64,000 nucleotides of DNA from Macrostomum lignano (lineage: Eukaryota). The stretch spans positions 1-64,000 of the forward strand of contig NIVC01003700.1 in the NCBI GenBank assembly GCA_002269645.1. The letters are read 5' to 3'. Shown here piece after piece: positions 1-47,665 of this stretch. Numbering within the stretch: the stretch's first letter is position 1; the number at the start of each line of letters is the position of its first letter. The notes under the pieces are model-generated. The model did no database searches, had not been told where the DNA came from, and saw nothing but the letters and a program-made list of their open reading frames with translations. Both the position numbers and the translations under genes were made by a program.

Positions 1-34443
<34,443 letters not shown>

Positions 34444-36639
34444 GATGGAAGAAGCTTTGATACGCTGCACACCTCGTGCGCTTGAAGCATTTTGACTTAT
34501 GTAGAGGTTTTTGGCATGTGTTGCGAGTTGAGTAAGGTAAGAAAAAATAGCAATTTTATGTTGCCCCAACTGGAGAAGCTATATAGCTCACAATTTAAAA
34601 TTGTCCAGTGGCACACTTATCGTCTTAAGATATTTACATAGCTAATCTAATCAGACTTTTTTGCGTTATTTAATTTTAATTATCATAAAACTGCTGACAA
34701 TTAACATTTTTTCACAAAAGAGATACATGAAATAACGACATGTTGTTTAATTTTACCACTAAAACTATTTCAAACCCGGAAAACAATTTTGCTTCATACC
34801 GATTATACTGGAATATTGATTTGGCTGAAATATTTTTTTAATCCACTCAGAACAACAGCTTGAATCAGTTTGGGAATTCATGGGGCTTGCATGCATTTTA
34901 GGTATCGTAAAATATGCGCGTCTTAATCCGATTTCCCCGAGAGAGAAACCAAGCGGAATTTCCTGTAAGAAAGAAACTATATATAAACTTGCTCTTTGTG
35001 CCAAATTAGCTAGCTCGTAGTTAGTAAGTTAGTTTATCCCAGAACGCAGGACCGATTCTAATAAAAAGTTTTTGGTCCTATCTATCTATTTATCTATCTA
35101 TTAAAATACCTCTGCTATGCATATAGTTGGATGAATGCTAGTAGTGTCAATTCGGGGTAATAAATTGCTAATTTGCACGACTATTATAAGTTATGTTATT
35201 CGTAAATATCGTATAGTAAGTACCATGCATATTGGTTTTGCCTTCGTCTATTCTAACGCGCGAAAACATAAAAATCGAATTTAATTCATCATTTATATAC
35301 ATGTGCCATCATCAGCTCATATTAATTCCTAACTATACATATAACTACGACAGCTTTGTAATTTTGCATCATACTGTAAAATCAGAGCTGTAGAGATGCG
35401 TGCGCATTCTGGGATGAAGCGGAATTGACAAACGTTGCTGATTTATTCATATACTTCGTAGTCTCTTTTTTAACCAAGCTTACATGTAGAATTGTCTTGA
35501 AGAGAATCGGCAGCTCCGAATGTTGAAGGAGTGTTGAGAGCTTTAATCAAGTCAACTGAGCTGAAAGGTTAAATATTAAAAAAGCTAAAGCCACCATGGA
35601 TTTTAGCTACCAAGTCTCTCGGCAAGTATAATTAATAAATCATGTCAAGAGATTTTCTGTCAACTTCTTCAAGGATTAATCCTTCTAGCTTCTCAAAATT
35701 AAGTAGCGCGGTCTGGTAGATGACGGTTACAACGGAGTAAAAATTAATTAAAATTTGAGTCGAATACTTTTACGACGCAAGCACAGCTACAGAATTCGTA
35801 TGTATGCGCACTTAAGGCGTGTTTTTAGAAGAAAAAATCAATCAACAGAATAAGTGGTACTCGAACCAAAAACGAATTGATTAAGCCCAAAAAAATAAAA
35901 AGATCTGAAAGCCTTGCAGATTGACCATCTTTCACCAATCAGGGCCGCTTGGGGAGTTGCACCAGGTGCCCGCAGCCGTGCTGCAGTATTAATAATAATA
36001 TTTTTATTAAAATTTGCCCAATGTTAAGAAGCTTTTGTGTTGGCAGGAGTGCCCCAGTCATTCAGACTGACTGAGATACCCCATGAGCCACATAGAGCAG
36101 GTTACAATTGCTCGTGTCTATTTCACGGAAAATGTAAAATGCCTAATGGGCTTAAGTGCCCATACTGATGAGAAATCAGTGCCCATAATGATGATACAAA
36201 TGAGAAAAAAATATATAAATGAATGAATTAAATTCTACAGTTTTCATGTTTAATGAATTTAGCTTCAGGGCAAATGTACCAAAATAGAGTCTTAAAATGT
36301 GCCACACTCGCTCGTTAGGAAGAGGATTTCAAATCGGGCTCAGTCTGTATACGCAATTTATTTTCTATGAAATGAAAGCAAACCTAAACGATTATTTCTA
36401 TATTTTCCTTTCAATAGGCTTATAAAAAATTCTAAGGTAATAATTGCTTCCCCAAAGATAAACATAGCCGCTTTAGAGGTAACTGATGCGAGGGGTCGAT
36501 ATTGTTCATTTATGCTGCGAAACGTCCTTTGAAAACAATTCAACTGCTGAATGACAGAATGCTGCTGGTCAGAAAATAGAAAGTATTCTAAACAATCACA
36601 CTGCACTGACGTGTAGTCATGTGTAGTACTGTCGCACAG

Positions 36640-39055
36640 AGACTGACTGATGGGGAGGGGGATAGGGAGTGTCTCATGGGGAATGACTCATGGGGAATGA
36701 CTCATGAGGAGTGTCTCATGGGGAGTGTCTTATGTGGAGTGTCTCATGGGGAGTGTCTCTCATGGCGAGTGTCTCTCCTAGGGAATGTTTCATGGGGAAT
36801 GTCTCATGGGGAATGTCTCATGGGGAATGTCTCATGAGGAGTGTCTCATGGAGAGTGTCTTGTGTGGAGTGTCTCATGGGGAGTGTCTCGTGGGGAGTGT
36901 CTCTTAGGGAGTGTCTCTCATAGGGAATGTTTCATGAGGAGTGTCTCATGGGGAGTGTCTCGTGGGGAGTGTCTCTTAGGGAGTGTCTCTCATAGGGAAT
37001 GTTTCATGAGGAGTGTCTCATGGGGAGTGTCTCATGGGGAGTGTCTCATGGGGAGTGTCTCATGGGGAGTGTCTCATGAGGAGTGTCTCATGGGGAGTGT
37101 CTCATGGGGAGTGTCTCATGGGGAGTGTCTCATGGGGAGTGACTTATGGGGAGTGACTCATGAGAAGTGACTCGGGGAGTGACTCATGGGGAGTAACTCA
37201 TGGGGAGTGTCTCTCATGGGGAGTGTCTTATGGGGAGTGACTCATGGAAAGTGTCTCATGGGAGTGTCTTATGGGGAGTGACTCATGGGGAGTCACTCAT
37301 GGGGAGTGTGTCTCATGGGGAGTGTCTCGTGGGGAGTGTCTCGTAGGGAGTGTCTCTCATAGGGAATGTTTCATGGGGAATGTCTCTCATAGGGAATGTT
37401 TCATGGGGAGTGTCTCATGGGGAGTGTCTCATTGGGAGTGACTTATGGGGAGTGACTCATGGGGAGTGACTCATGGGGAGTGTGTCTCATGGGGAGTGTC
37501 TCGTGGGGAGTGTCTCTTAGGGAGTGTCTCTTATAGGGAATGTTTCATGAGGAGTGTCTCATGGGGAGTGTCTCATGGGGAGTGTCTCATGGGGAGTGTC
37601 TCATGGGGAGTGACTCATGGGGAGTGACTCATGAGAAGTGACTCGGGGAGTGACTCATGGGGAGTAACTCATGGGGAGTGTCTCTCATGGGGAGTGTCTT
37701 ATGGGGAGTGACTCATGGAAAGTGTCTCATGGGAGTGTCTTATGGGGAGTGACTCATGGGGAGTCACTCATGGGGAGTGTGTCTCATGGGGAGTGTCTCG
37801 TGGGGAGTGTCTCGTAGGGAGTGTCTCTCATAGGGAATGTTTCATGGGGAATGTCTCTCATAGGGAATGTTTCATGGGGAGTGTCTCATGGGGAGTGTCT
37901 CATTGGGAGTGACTTATGGGGAGTGACTCATGGGGAGTGACTCATGGGAGTGTGTCTCATGGGGAGTGTCTCGTGGGGAGTGTCTCTTAGGGAGTGTCTC
38001 TTATAGGGAATGTTTCATGAGGAGTGTCTCATGGGGAGTGTCTCATGGGGAGTGTCTCATGGGGAGTGTCTCATGGGGAGTGACTCATGGGGAGTGACTC
38101 ATGAGAAGTGACTCGGGGAGTGACTCATGGGGAGTAACTCATGGGGAGTGTCTCTCATGGGGAGTGTCTTATGGGGAGTGACTCATGGAAAGTGTCTCAT
38201 GGGAGTGTCTTATGGGGAGTGACTCATGGGGAGTGACTCATGGGGAGTGTGTCTCATGGGGAGTGTCTCGTGGGGAGTGTCTCGTAGGGAGTGTCTCTCA
38301 TAGGGAATGTTTCATGGGGAATGTCTCTCATAGGGAATGTTTCATGGGGAGTGTCTCATGGGGAGTGTCTCATGGGGAGTGTCTCATGGGGAGTGTCTCA
38401 TGGGGAGTGACTTATGGGGAGTGACTCATGAGAAGTGACTCGGGGAGTGACTCATGGGGAGTAACTCATGGGGAGTGTCTCTCATGGGGAGTGTCTTATG
38501 GGGAGTGACTCATGGAAAGTGTCTCATGGGAGTGTCTTATGGGGAGTGACTCATGGAGAGTGACTCATGGGGAGTGTGTCTCATGGGGAGTGTCTCGTGG
38601 GGAGTGTCTCGTAGGGAGTGTCTCTCATAGGGAATGTTTCATGGGGAATGTCTCTCATAGGGAATGTTTCATGGGGAGTGTCTCATGGGGAGTGTCTCAT
38701 GGGGAGTGTCTCATGGGGAGTGTCTCATGGGGAGTGACTTATGGGGAGTGACTCATGAGAAGTGACTCGGGGAGTGACTCATGGGGAGTAACTCATGGGG
38801 AGTGTCTCTCATGGGGAGTGTCTTATGGGGAGTGACTCATGGAAAGTGTCTCATGGGAGTGTCTTATGGGGATGTCTCATGGGGAATGACTCATGGGGAG
38901 TGACTCATGGGGAGTGTCTCATGGGGAGTGACTTACATGTATTGGGAGTGACTCATGTGTAGTATTGTCTCACAGGAAGAGAGTATAGAGATGTGTAATA
39001 GAGAGGGACTCATAGGAAGTGAATCATTTGGAGTGACACATGGGGAGTGACTCGT
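36640..39055. repeat. 14-bp GGGGAGTGTCTCAT array with 470- and 327-bp higher-order units
   Basis: Marker GAGAAGTGACTCGGGGAG at ~37162, 37633, 38103, 38430 and 38757. Confidence 0.95.
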
Positions 39056-39782
39056 AAAGATACGATCATAGCTGGTGACTCAAACGCTCTCAGCATTTAA
39101 TTAGGCAGCTGTGGATAAGAGTGACTTCTGTAGAGTGACTGAGTTAAATGCTGTAATCAAAAGGAAATAGAATGCAAAATTAGAGTACCATATATAGTTG
39201 AATGCATCTTTCAAATAACTCATAAAACGGATCTTCGCAGTCAAGCCAATTAAACTAATTGGTTTAAACTGCACTCTTTAGTTGTAACGATAGATCCAAA
39301 AATATCGACTGTTTTTGATTATCGAACAAAATTTCGAATCTTTTTTCTAGCTTATTAAAAATGAAACTGACAGAAAAAAACGTTTAATGGGATTTATTTT
39401 AAACGAAAAACGATTACGCATCTATCTAAAGCAAAATCCTATATCTGTGTGATGGATTTTTTTAAAAACAGCTCAACCGATTTTCACCAAATTTGCACCA
39501 TTCGATTACAAATTGTCAGCCATCGGTATGGTTAAAATTATTAGTGTCTACGCCATTTCCAAGTGCAGTTAAAATTTAAAAAACTGTATTTTTACTATCT
39601 AAATAGTGTGTTCTTCTGGCAGTCAGGGCTCAATATGTCTATGGCCATAGACTAAACTTCAATTCAATTTCTTAAGCTGATGCTACGAGCTATAAATAAT
39701 TAAATACGAGTGCAATTTAAAAGTATTGAATTATTGCGCCACTATGTATATAATATATGCAACGAGAGAAAAATGCTCAGTG

Positions 39783-40545
39783 GCTGCTTGCTGTCTGGGG
39801 GATGCTTGCTGTCTGGGGGATGCTTGCTGTCTGGGGGATGCTTGCTGTCTGGGGGATGCTTGCTGTCTGGGGATGCTTGCTGTCTGGGGGATGCTTGCTG
39901 TCTGGGGGATGCTTGCTGTCTGGGGGGATGCTTGTTGTCTGGGGGATGCTTGCTGTCTGGGGGATGCTTGCTATCTGGGGGATGCTTGCTGTCTGGGGGA
40001 TGCTTTCTTGCTGTCTGGGGGATGCAATTGCTGTCTGGGGGATGCTTGTTGTCTGGGGGATGCTTGCTGTCTGGGGGATGCTTGCTGTCTGGGGATGCTT
40101 GCTATCTGGGGGATGCTTGTTGTCTGGGGGATGCTTTCTTGCTGTCTGGGGATGCTTGCTGTCTGGGGGATGCTTGCTGTCTGGGGGATGCTTGCTGTCT
40201 GGGGGATGCTTGCTGTCTGGGGGATGCTTGTTGTCTGGGGGATGCTTGCTATCTGGGGGATGCTTGTTGTCTGGGGGATGCTTTCTTGCTGTCTGGGGGA
40301 TGCTTGCTGTCTGGGGGATGCTTGTTGTCTGGGGGATGCTTGCTATCTGGGGGATGCTTTCTTGCTGTCTGGGGGATGCTTGCTGTCTGGGGGATGCTTG
40401 TTGTCTGGGGGATGCTTGCTGTCTGAGGAATGCTTGCTGTCTGAGGAATGCTTGCTGTCTGGGGGATGCTTGCTGTCTGAGGAATGCTTGCTGTCTGGGG
40501 GATGCTTGCTATCTGGGGGATGCTTGCTGTCTGGGGGATTGCTTG
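39783..40545. repeat. 18-bp minisatellite
   Basis: Unit GCTTGCTGTCTGGGGGAT. Confidence 0.95.
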
Positions 40546-41422
40546 CTACATTACATCAGTATTAAAATTATTACATTCTTTCTTTGCTCCCCAATGGGGG
40601 GGGCGTAGATTGTTGTTCACTCTAGAGCCACAAGCTAAGCGCTAAACGCGACTTTAGAAAATTGCTTTGGAAAATTTATTTCCACAGCTTCGTCATCACT
40701 TTAACAACAATCGAAAGAGAGATTCTTGCAAAAAATGTCAATTTTGAAAAGGTCGGTTTTGTTATGTCCAGCGATTGTGACCCATTGTGATGGCATGCTC
40801 GACTGTATGCGGAGATGTCTAAATATGTTACAAGCCTCGGTACTCACAGACCTTATGATTTCGCATCCATCTGTCAAATGACATTAAATAACATTTAAAC
40901 ACTGAATAACAATCAGATAACGGGATGTCCCTTTTTTATCTGTTTTATTGGACTAATCTGCTTACATGTACTTGATGCCTGTTTCACTATCCATCATTTT
41001 TTTATCATTTCAAAATGTTCAATCCAATTAAGCAACCCAAGCCAAATCATACGGTCTCATTGCAAAAATTTGCCATCTACAAAAAAACAAGTTTACAAAA
41101 ACAATTTGTTATTTTCACGTGCAAGCGGATTAGCATGCGTTCCAGGCAGCTGGATAAACAAGACTCAGATCGTGTTTCTCGTCTTTGGGATTTTTTCCGA
41201 ATTGAAAAACCCGACCTGCGACGCGAGGCAGAACCGTGAAAGATTTTAAACGAGAATGGTGTCCTGAATGAACAAGTGCGGTCAACTCGTGATTAAAAAT
41301 ACGAGTAATTAATTACATTTTTTATGGAGATTGATGCTGTTTTTACTTTTCACTTCAAGAGAACTTAATTTACAAAGATCTTAGAGTTTTTGAAGATCTG
41401 TTTCAGTTCTACGGAATGGAAA

Positions 41423-41680
41423 GGGGGTTGCAGCCCAGTGGTTAGAGCGTCTGACTCACGACTTGAAGGTCGGGGGTTCGATTCTCGATCCCACTGGAAC
41501 AATTTGTCCGTGAGCCAAGACACTTAACTCTGCATTGCTTCAGTTCACCCAGCTGTAAAATGGGTGCCAGCATTAGCTGGGGTAATTTAGGGTGTGCGTG
41601 GCGACCCCAGTTCTTGGGAATAGCGGTACGCAGCATTTAGATGCAATAGCTTCCGAAAATATTATTACATGTACTGTTAT
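41423..41680 (+). mobile_element. tRNA-derived SINE
   Basis: tRNA-like head with A box (GCAGCCCAGTGGTTAGAGCG) and B box (GGTTCGATTCT), body CAAGACACTTAACTCTGCATTGC...CACCCAGCTGTAAAATGGGTGCC, short AT-rich tail; no tRNA acceptor-stem closure. Confidence 0.75.
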
Positions 41681-41761
41681 TCCATTCTATCTTTATGTCT
41701 GAAGCTTGTCCTGCGATTCACGTCCACGAGCGCATCAAATACTCGTATCAAGCAGATTTAA

Positions 41762-43075
41762 TCAAGTAAAGTAGATAAGAAACGGACATAAAATTCGTTG
41801 TTCCAGGTATCTCCAGGATCGCTGTTGAAATAATAAATAATAATCTGTCTGCCGCTGTCGAAGCTCTGGAAATGAATTCTTCAGAGCAATTTTACGAGCT
41901 AGGAAATGGATTCGTGCACCAACCTGTTTGTTCTTATCCGCAAGCAGTTTTATTATCAATCTATTCTACGAAATAAAGGATTTCTTCAGCCCGCTTATCT
42001 ACGCACGATTCTCCTTGCTCCCATAAGCGCGCGGACTTGTGCGCTTCTCATCAATCTTCTCAGCAATCGTGCGTTGAAAATGAATTAGCGAATTGGAATT
42101 GGGTAGAAATTGCTCCGCTGTCTGCCGCTAATCCAGACTAACTATGCTTAATTCTTCACTTGAAGACCATCCCCTCCCCGGCAAGGCCTCTGGAAATTCT
42201 GCGAGTGCATGCGGATAATAAGTCCGATTGGCAAGCAGGCGGCTTTCTAGTCACGAACTCAGCCGTTGACTCGAGGAATCATTTTAGTCTTAAGGAATGA
42301 ATCAAAGTTAGATAAAATTCGTCCAGAGTCCAGTCCCGTATCCGGAATGGAAAACCCTAACTGAAGATTGCTGGATTCCCAATCTATCTGGACCGATGTG
42401 GGCTCACACTTGATCCGAGTTTTCGGAGAGCTAGCATCAGATATTAGTAAGTCCTTTCTCTGGAAAATCTAATGAAGTCGGATGCTCTTCTCTCGTGAGT
42501 TCATTTGCTAGATCTGTTTCTTTAGCAGAGCAGATGTGGGATCTCAGGAAATGGCATTTCTAGCCAGAAACTGATTGCTCGACAGTCGAACACAGCTTCC
42601 GGTATTTTAGGCCGTGGAAATAAGAGCAGCAGTTCATGCGTTCATCAAACATGTACTCTCTCCTCTGTGCCTTGGATGTTGGCCTTCTAGAACGCGTGTT
42701 GAAGCCAGGAACTGAAAGTTATCGATGTAAGACACATTCAAATGTCGCTGCACTCGGTCCTCGAATTCATCGCAAAGCTTCGCAAAAATATTTTGTCTAT
42801 CGGATAAGATTTCAAATATCCCTGAAGCACAAAGCATACAGCAGGATTTACAATCGTCAAAAACTTCAAATAAAGATTTAGGCAAGCAAATAAATTCGAC
42901 ACACGCAAATGTAGTCACGTGGCGTCAGACGGTTTTGAAGCAGCTCCACGTTTTGCGCTTTTGCGAAAATGTCATCATAAACTGCTACAGCAAGGAGGGC
43001 GTAGGAAATTCTTTGATAAGACAAAGCTTGAAACATGGCATCCTGCATGAATTCGCGAATTGGAAAGACACGCAA
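41762..43075 (-). pseudogene. decayed coding relic of unknown origin
   Basis: Collinear protein-like ORF fragments (42878-43075, 42634-42918, ~42500-42260, 41762-41959) linked by frame breaks or stops; no family recognised. Confidence 0.3.
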
Positions 43076-43319
43076 CGGAGCTAATGAAAAAATACAGTTA
43101 TAGCAACCGCTGGTTGGGGCAGTCAGTTAGGAAATTGAAACCAGCAAAGCGAATCCCTATTGGCTAAGAAGCGGAGCCCACTCTCTCCCTAACCCCAGCC
43201 AGATGAATGTAGCCCATATTAGGACTGTTCGCAGTGAAAGACGGCTCATTTAATCTCTGTGTCTGCACCACAGCCAAAACCTTACAAAAAACGAAGTATT
43301 TCAGCGACCAATTCGAAGA

Positions 43320-44543
43320 ATGTTCGAAGGCGCATTTCTAATTAAGTATTACCAGTTAAACAGCAATGTGTGCGCCGCGATCCGTTGGAAGCTTGAGAAC
43401 ATCAGTGGCAGCGAATACCTTGATCCGTACTGCAACGAGTACGACGTAGGCATGTCGGGCACGTTTCTGCCGGTGAGCCTGATCGGCCTTCTGCTAAGCC
43501 TATTCAGCGCCTGCATCTTCTTGGGCCAGCGTCAACGCACTTCTTTCCGCACTAGCTTAGTTGCACTGTCTCTGGCCACCAGCGGCTACATGCTGCTGGC
43601 CTCCATAGACTTCATCAACGTACTGTCTGGCGCTTGCCTCTACTGGCGCGACCCGAGGCGCCGGCCTCAGGTCCTGGTGGCGGCAGTTGCTTGCGTACTC
43701 TGCGACTGCCTGCTCTGCCTGCGAAATTGGTGCAATCTGCTCATGACTGCACAGCGCACCGAGGCTTTAATATTCCCGTTGCGCGTCAATAAGCTGTTAA
43801 ATAAGCGCAACTTTGTTGCCACCCTGATATTGCTGATTTTTCTGCTTCTGCCCATGTCTCTTGTGCGCTCGTTCGCCGAGTTTCTGGTGGTCTGCAGCGA
43901 CTCGCAGAACAGCTTTGCTAGCGTCGGCTATCCGCTGCAACGCGACGACAAAGCCGACATTGTCGATCTCGAGTCGCACTATAGCTACCTGTACACGCAG
44001 GAGTGGTTCGAGTTCTACGAGGCGCACGTGTTCTTCACTGTCCAGACGATCATCCCGGTGACCTGCGTGATGGCCTTCTCCGTGGCAATGTCGGTCACGA
44101 TGCTGAAGAATCGCGGCGGCGGTGGCGGCGGAGGCGATGGTGGCGCAGCTTCGGCGGTCCCGTCGCAGAGCAAGCGGAACAAGGCGCGCGCCAGTCGAAC
44201 CGTGCTGTGTCTGGCTATCATTTTCAGCGCACTGCAAATGCCCAGCTACCTGGGCCAACTGCTCATGACTAGCGGCTGGCTCAACTTTCTATTCCAGGAT
44301 AAGAAATTTCAATTCGTAGCCGAGCTGTCGCTGTTCCTAGACTCGATCTTCAATATATTTGTCTACGCCTATTTTGTGCCGGATTTCAAGCTGTTCTTTG
44401 TCCGCGCCTGGCGCCGGCTCACCTGTCAACAATTGCCGGAGTCGCGTCGGCTACCGCCGGGATGCAGCAGCGACTACAGCAGGCGGGTGCAGGACAGCGT
44501 CCCAGAGACAAGGGCTCTGCGCGCGACCGGCAGGACCGACTGA
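43320..44543 (+). CDS. intronless rhodopsin-family (class A) GPCR, peptide-receptor-like
   Basis: 407-aa ORF with seven hydrophobic segments; TM3 end LMTAQRTEALIFPL, TM6 ASRTVLCLAIIFSALQMPS, TM7 DSIFNIFVY. The start could instead be Met at ~43452. Confidence 0.9.
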   Translation: MFEGAFLIKYYQLNSNVCAAIRWKLENISGSEYLDPYCNEYDVGMSGTFLPVSLIGLLLSLFSACIFLGQRQRTSFRTSLVALSLATSGYMLLASIDFINVLSGACLYWRDPRRRPQVLVAAVACVLCDCLLCLRNWCNLLMTAQRTEALIFPLRVNKLLNKRNFVATLILLIFLLLPMSLVRSFAEFLVVCSDSQNSFASVGYPLQRDDKADIVDLESHYSYLYTQEWFEFYEAHVFFTVQTIIPVTCVMAFSVAMSVTMLKNRGGGGGGGDGGAASAVPSQSKRNKARASRTVLCLAIIFSALQMPSYLGQLLMTSGWLNFLFQDKKFQFVAELSLFLDSIFNIFVYAYFVPDFKLFFVRAWRRLTCQQLPESRRLPPGCSSDYSRRVQDSVPETRALRATGRTD

Positions 44544-45625
44544 ACCTCGTCAAGGCCTGGAAGCGCCCCGGATATAAGGAACTGAAATACTTTCATAATG
44601 AATAATGAACTTAGACTGTCCTTGACACTTAATACCACCGCCCAGGCATGCGCGAACCACTTCACCGTTTTGAGCTCCATTGTCAGCCGCCCTGTCAATC
44701 TGTCAGACATACATTTGACGAAGAGGAATTTTGCACTCTACTCCAGTCCTCTCTGCCTTCATAGTTGCTGTCCCACTCTTCTAAATTCCCAAATACTCTT
44801 ATAGTTTTCCTCTCTGCTTTGATTCCGATTTCTGGCACGTAGAGAAGTACGTAAATATTTTCGCGATTTTTCAGATGATCAAACTCAAAATAGATAGTTA
44901 ATTCAACTGTGGAACAAAAACATTTTCGTGATCATTTTATTTTTGCCGCTTCCGATTCACTCATTAAAACTCACGATTAAAATCTTTTGTCCAAAATGGA
45001 ATCCAAACAATTTCCTCTCTGCTTTTTTCTAAATTTTTATGAATTCTGAGTTCTCTAGTCCTCTTTAACAACATAGAGAATAAAAACACAATGTATTATT
45101 TAATTAGCTTGGTCCCGCAAATGGAGCAAACTGACATGCTCCAAACAGAATCATTATCATAACGCAACTTCATCCGTTCGGGAGCGGATGGGTAGATTAA
45201 ATAAATTTGCATTAGGATTCAGTAGCAATATGCCCCCTGGCCTTCGAGCCTTGGCGGTTTATTTGTCTGCAAAGCTTAATATCTTGTCGTATCATTGATC
45301 TGATAATCTCTCTATCCATACCAGCTGCAGATACATATCTAGATTCACTCGCTGTGAACCTCCCGGGAGGCAACAATAAGCATTGAGCAGTATTCTCGTA
45401 AAATAATTTACGAGCTACTTTCTCGATTGATAATGGTAGAGAATAGCAGTATCCTGGATGATTTAATTTATACACTAGCGCTTTACGTCAGAGGAACCTA
45501 TACGCGCGATGTAAAAGTACCAATTTATCTGGGATCAACGTCAAGACGTCAGATTGCTTTACGGATACTCGTAAAACTAGAACGAAGCTAAACTTGCAAA
45601 AAGCACCAGACTTTTTCGCATTTAA

Positions 45626-45932
45626 TTTTGAACTAAGGGACAACCAAAAGTGACAAATCGCAATTCAATTTTGAACTAGGGACAACCAGGTGTGACAAAT
45701 CGCAATTCAATTTTGAACTAAGGACAACCAAAAGTGACAAATCGCAATTCAATTTTGAACTAAGGACAACCAAGAGTGACAAATCGCAATTCAATTTTGA
45801 ACTAGGGACAACCAAAAGTGACAAATCGCAATTCAATTTTGAACTAAGGACAACCAAAAGTGAAAAATCGCAATTCAATTTTGAACTAGGGACAACCAAA
45901 AGTGACAAATCGCTATTCAATTTTGAACTTTG
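45626..45932. repeat. 42-bp minisatellite, ~7 copies
   Basis: Unit TTGAACTAGGGACAACCAAAAGTGACAAATCGCAATTCAATT. Confidence 0.95.
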
Positions 45933-46576
45933 ATTTTTTTGCACAGCGCTGAATGCGGCTTCTTCAGTTCGACAATTAACAATTGCGACGAGGAAGACTC
46001 TATTGAACTTTTCAGCCTAATTTTCACGGTTGCTTTAAACGACGTCACTGATGAAAAAGTACAAGCTGGTAATTAAAAGCTAAAGGTAGAATATAAAGAA
46101 GCTAGCGACCAGACACTGTCGTCATGTTATTACCTAGGAGCTATACCAGACCTAGCTATCGGTGTGCGGTTTGAGTTCATTAGTTATTCACAGCTCACCG
46201 CACACTTGACCACCGCCCGCCTATGCGAGCTATAAGCGACAATCTTCTCCTTAGAGAGATGGGGATCCTGCATCCTGGCTTAGGGCTCTATACTGACTTC
46301 CTCTGAGCTGCTCCTCGGCTGCCAACTTTCTTGAGCTGCGGTGTCCTCGCAGAGGGCTTAGCATTGATCCCCTTGGGCCAATTTCCAGCTGGGAGCAGTG
46401 AAGCATCGCTAGCGTCTCCTGACATCCCGCAGCTATTTGCTTGACGGTAATTAGCTGCTGCTCCCGCTAACAGCTCAGCCATTTGATCCTGAATAATAGT
46501 GCGACTCAGCATTACCCTGCATACTCGGCGGTCGAACAGCATTGGAAGCTATGAAGTTCATAGCTGTCTTCGTCTG

Positions 46577-46631
46577 TCCATCTATCTATCTATCTATCTA
46601 TCTATCCATCTATCTATCTATCTGTCCATCC

Positions 46632-46671
<40 letters not shown>

Positions 46672-46679
46672 GTCCATCC

Positions 46680-46776
<97 letters not shown>
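46577..46776. repeat. (TATC)n microsatellite
   Basis: Direct inspection. Confidence 0.95.
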
Positions 46777-47665
46777 CAGTATTTTTAATAAAATTATGGA
46801 TGTGCAGCAGTGCAAAGCTAAAATTCAATATAAACAGCAGGATTTCACAGTTTTCTGATTTCTCACAGGCATCAGCAAATAACAGTGCAGAAAGAGACGG
46901 TTTGAGTCCAAAAGCTGGAGAGATTTACTGATCGAGAAATTGAGAAAGGCGATGTTCTGTCAAACAAGCCGCAGCAGGCCTAAGCGGAGCCCATATGCAG
47001 ATCAATCAAACCTTTAGCATATAATGTCATGAATTTCCCGCTAAGAGGAAGCCGAACTGTGTACCAGAGTGCCACGGAATCCTGAAACCCATTCCAATGC
47101 GTGAATCTTATTGCTTCTTCGCAGGCTGCGATATTAAAAAAAATCTGTGCGTTATTAAACTCGCTGGGACGTGTGTACTTTTCAGGTTATTAACATAACT
47201 GTGAGAGAAGGATGTATGATATGCAAAGTAAATTGACTTCTAGGAAAGAAAACTGAGTTCTCGGTAATGCTAATCATTTTTATTGAGATTAGGAGCCACT
47301 AGACTCGTGTGGTGAACGCGTCTCAAGCCAGAACCCTTGCTGGTTCCATTTCTGGAGTTTGTCCAACGATTCACAGTCATGAGGGCCAACCCAAAGGAGT
47401 GTACATGCCTGACCATTAGAAAGTCGAAGGCCGATGTACACCCTGCGTGAATATTTATTTGTCTTTCTAGATTAACAAGCCTGGGTGACAATGGTCTCCA
47501 GTTTTAATCGCCTCCATTATGGAGTGTAGGAAAGGTATCAAAAATCGAGGATAAATTTGGATTTGACAAAATTATTTAGAGTTAGAGTCAACCTTGAATA
47601 AGTTTTCATGGCATTGTCTTTTAGACTTCCTAGACATTTGTTTCTCTTGAATCACATCCCTCGGT

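Noticed and set aside
39420-39545. Helentron/DINE-like motif CAACCGATTTTCACCAAATTTG
   Set aside because: Short resemblance only; no subterminal inverted repeats or boundaries identified.
41423-41495. tRNA gene
   Set aside because: A/B boxes are present but there is no acceptor-stem pairing or T-run terminator; it continues into a SINE body.
43667-44577. Overlapping ORFs on both strands of the GPCR
   Set aside because: Shadow frames of GC3-rich coding sequence.
45140-45210. Hairpin plus octamer ATTTGCAT, possible snRNA locus
   Set aside because: No recognisable snRNA or SL RNA sequence nearby.
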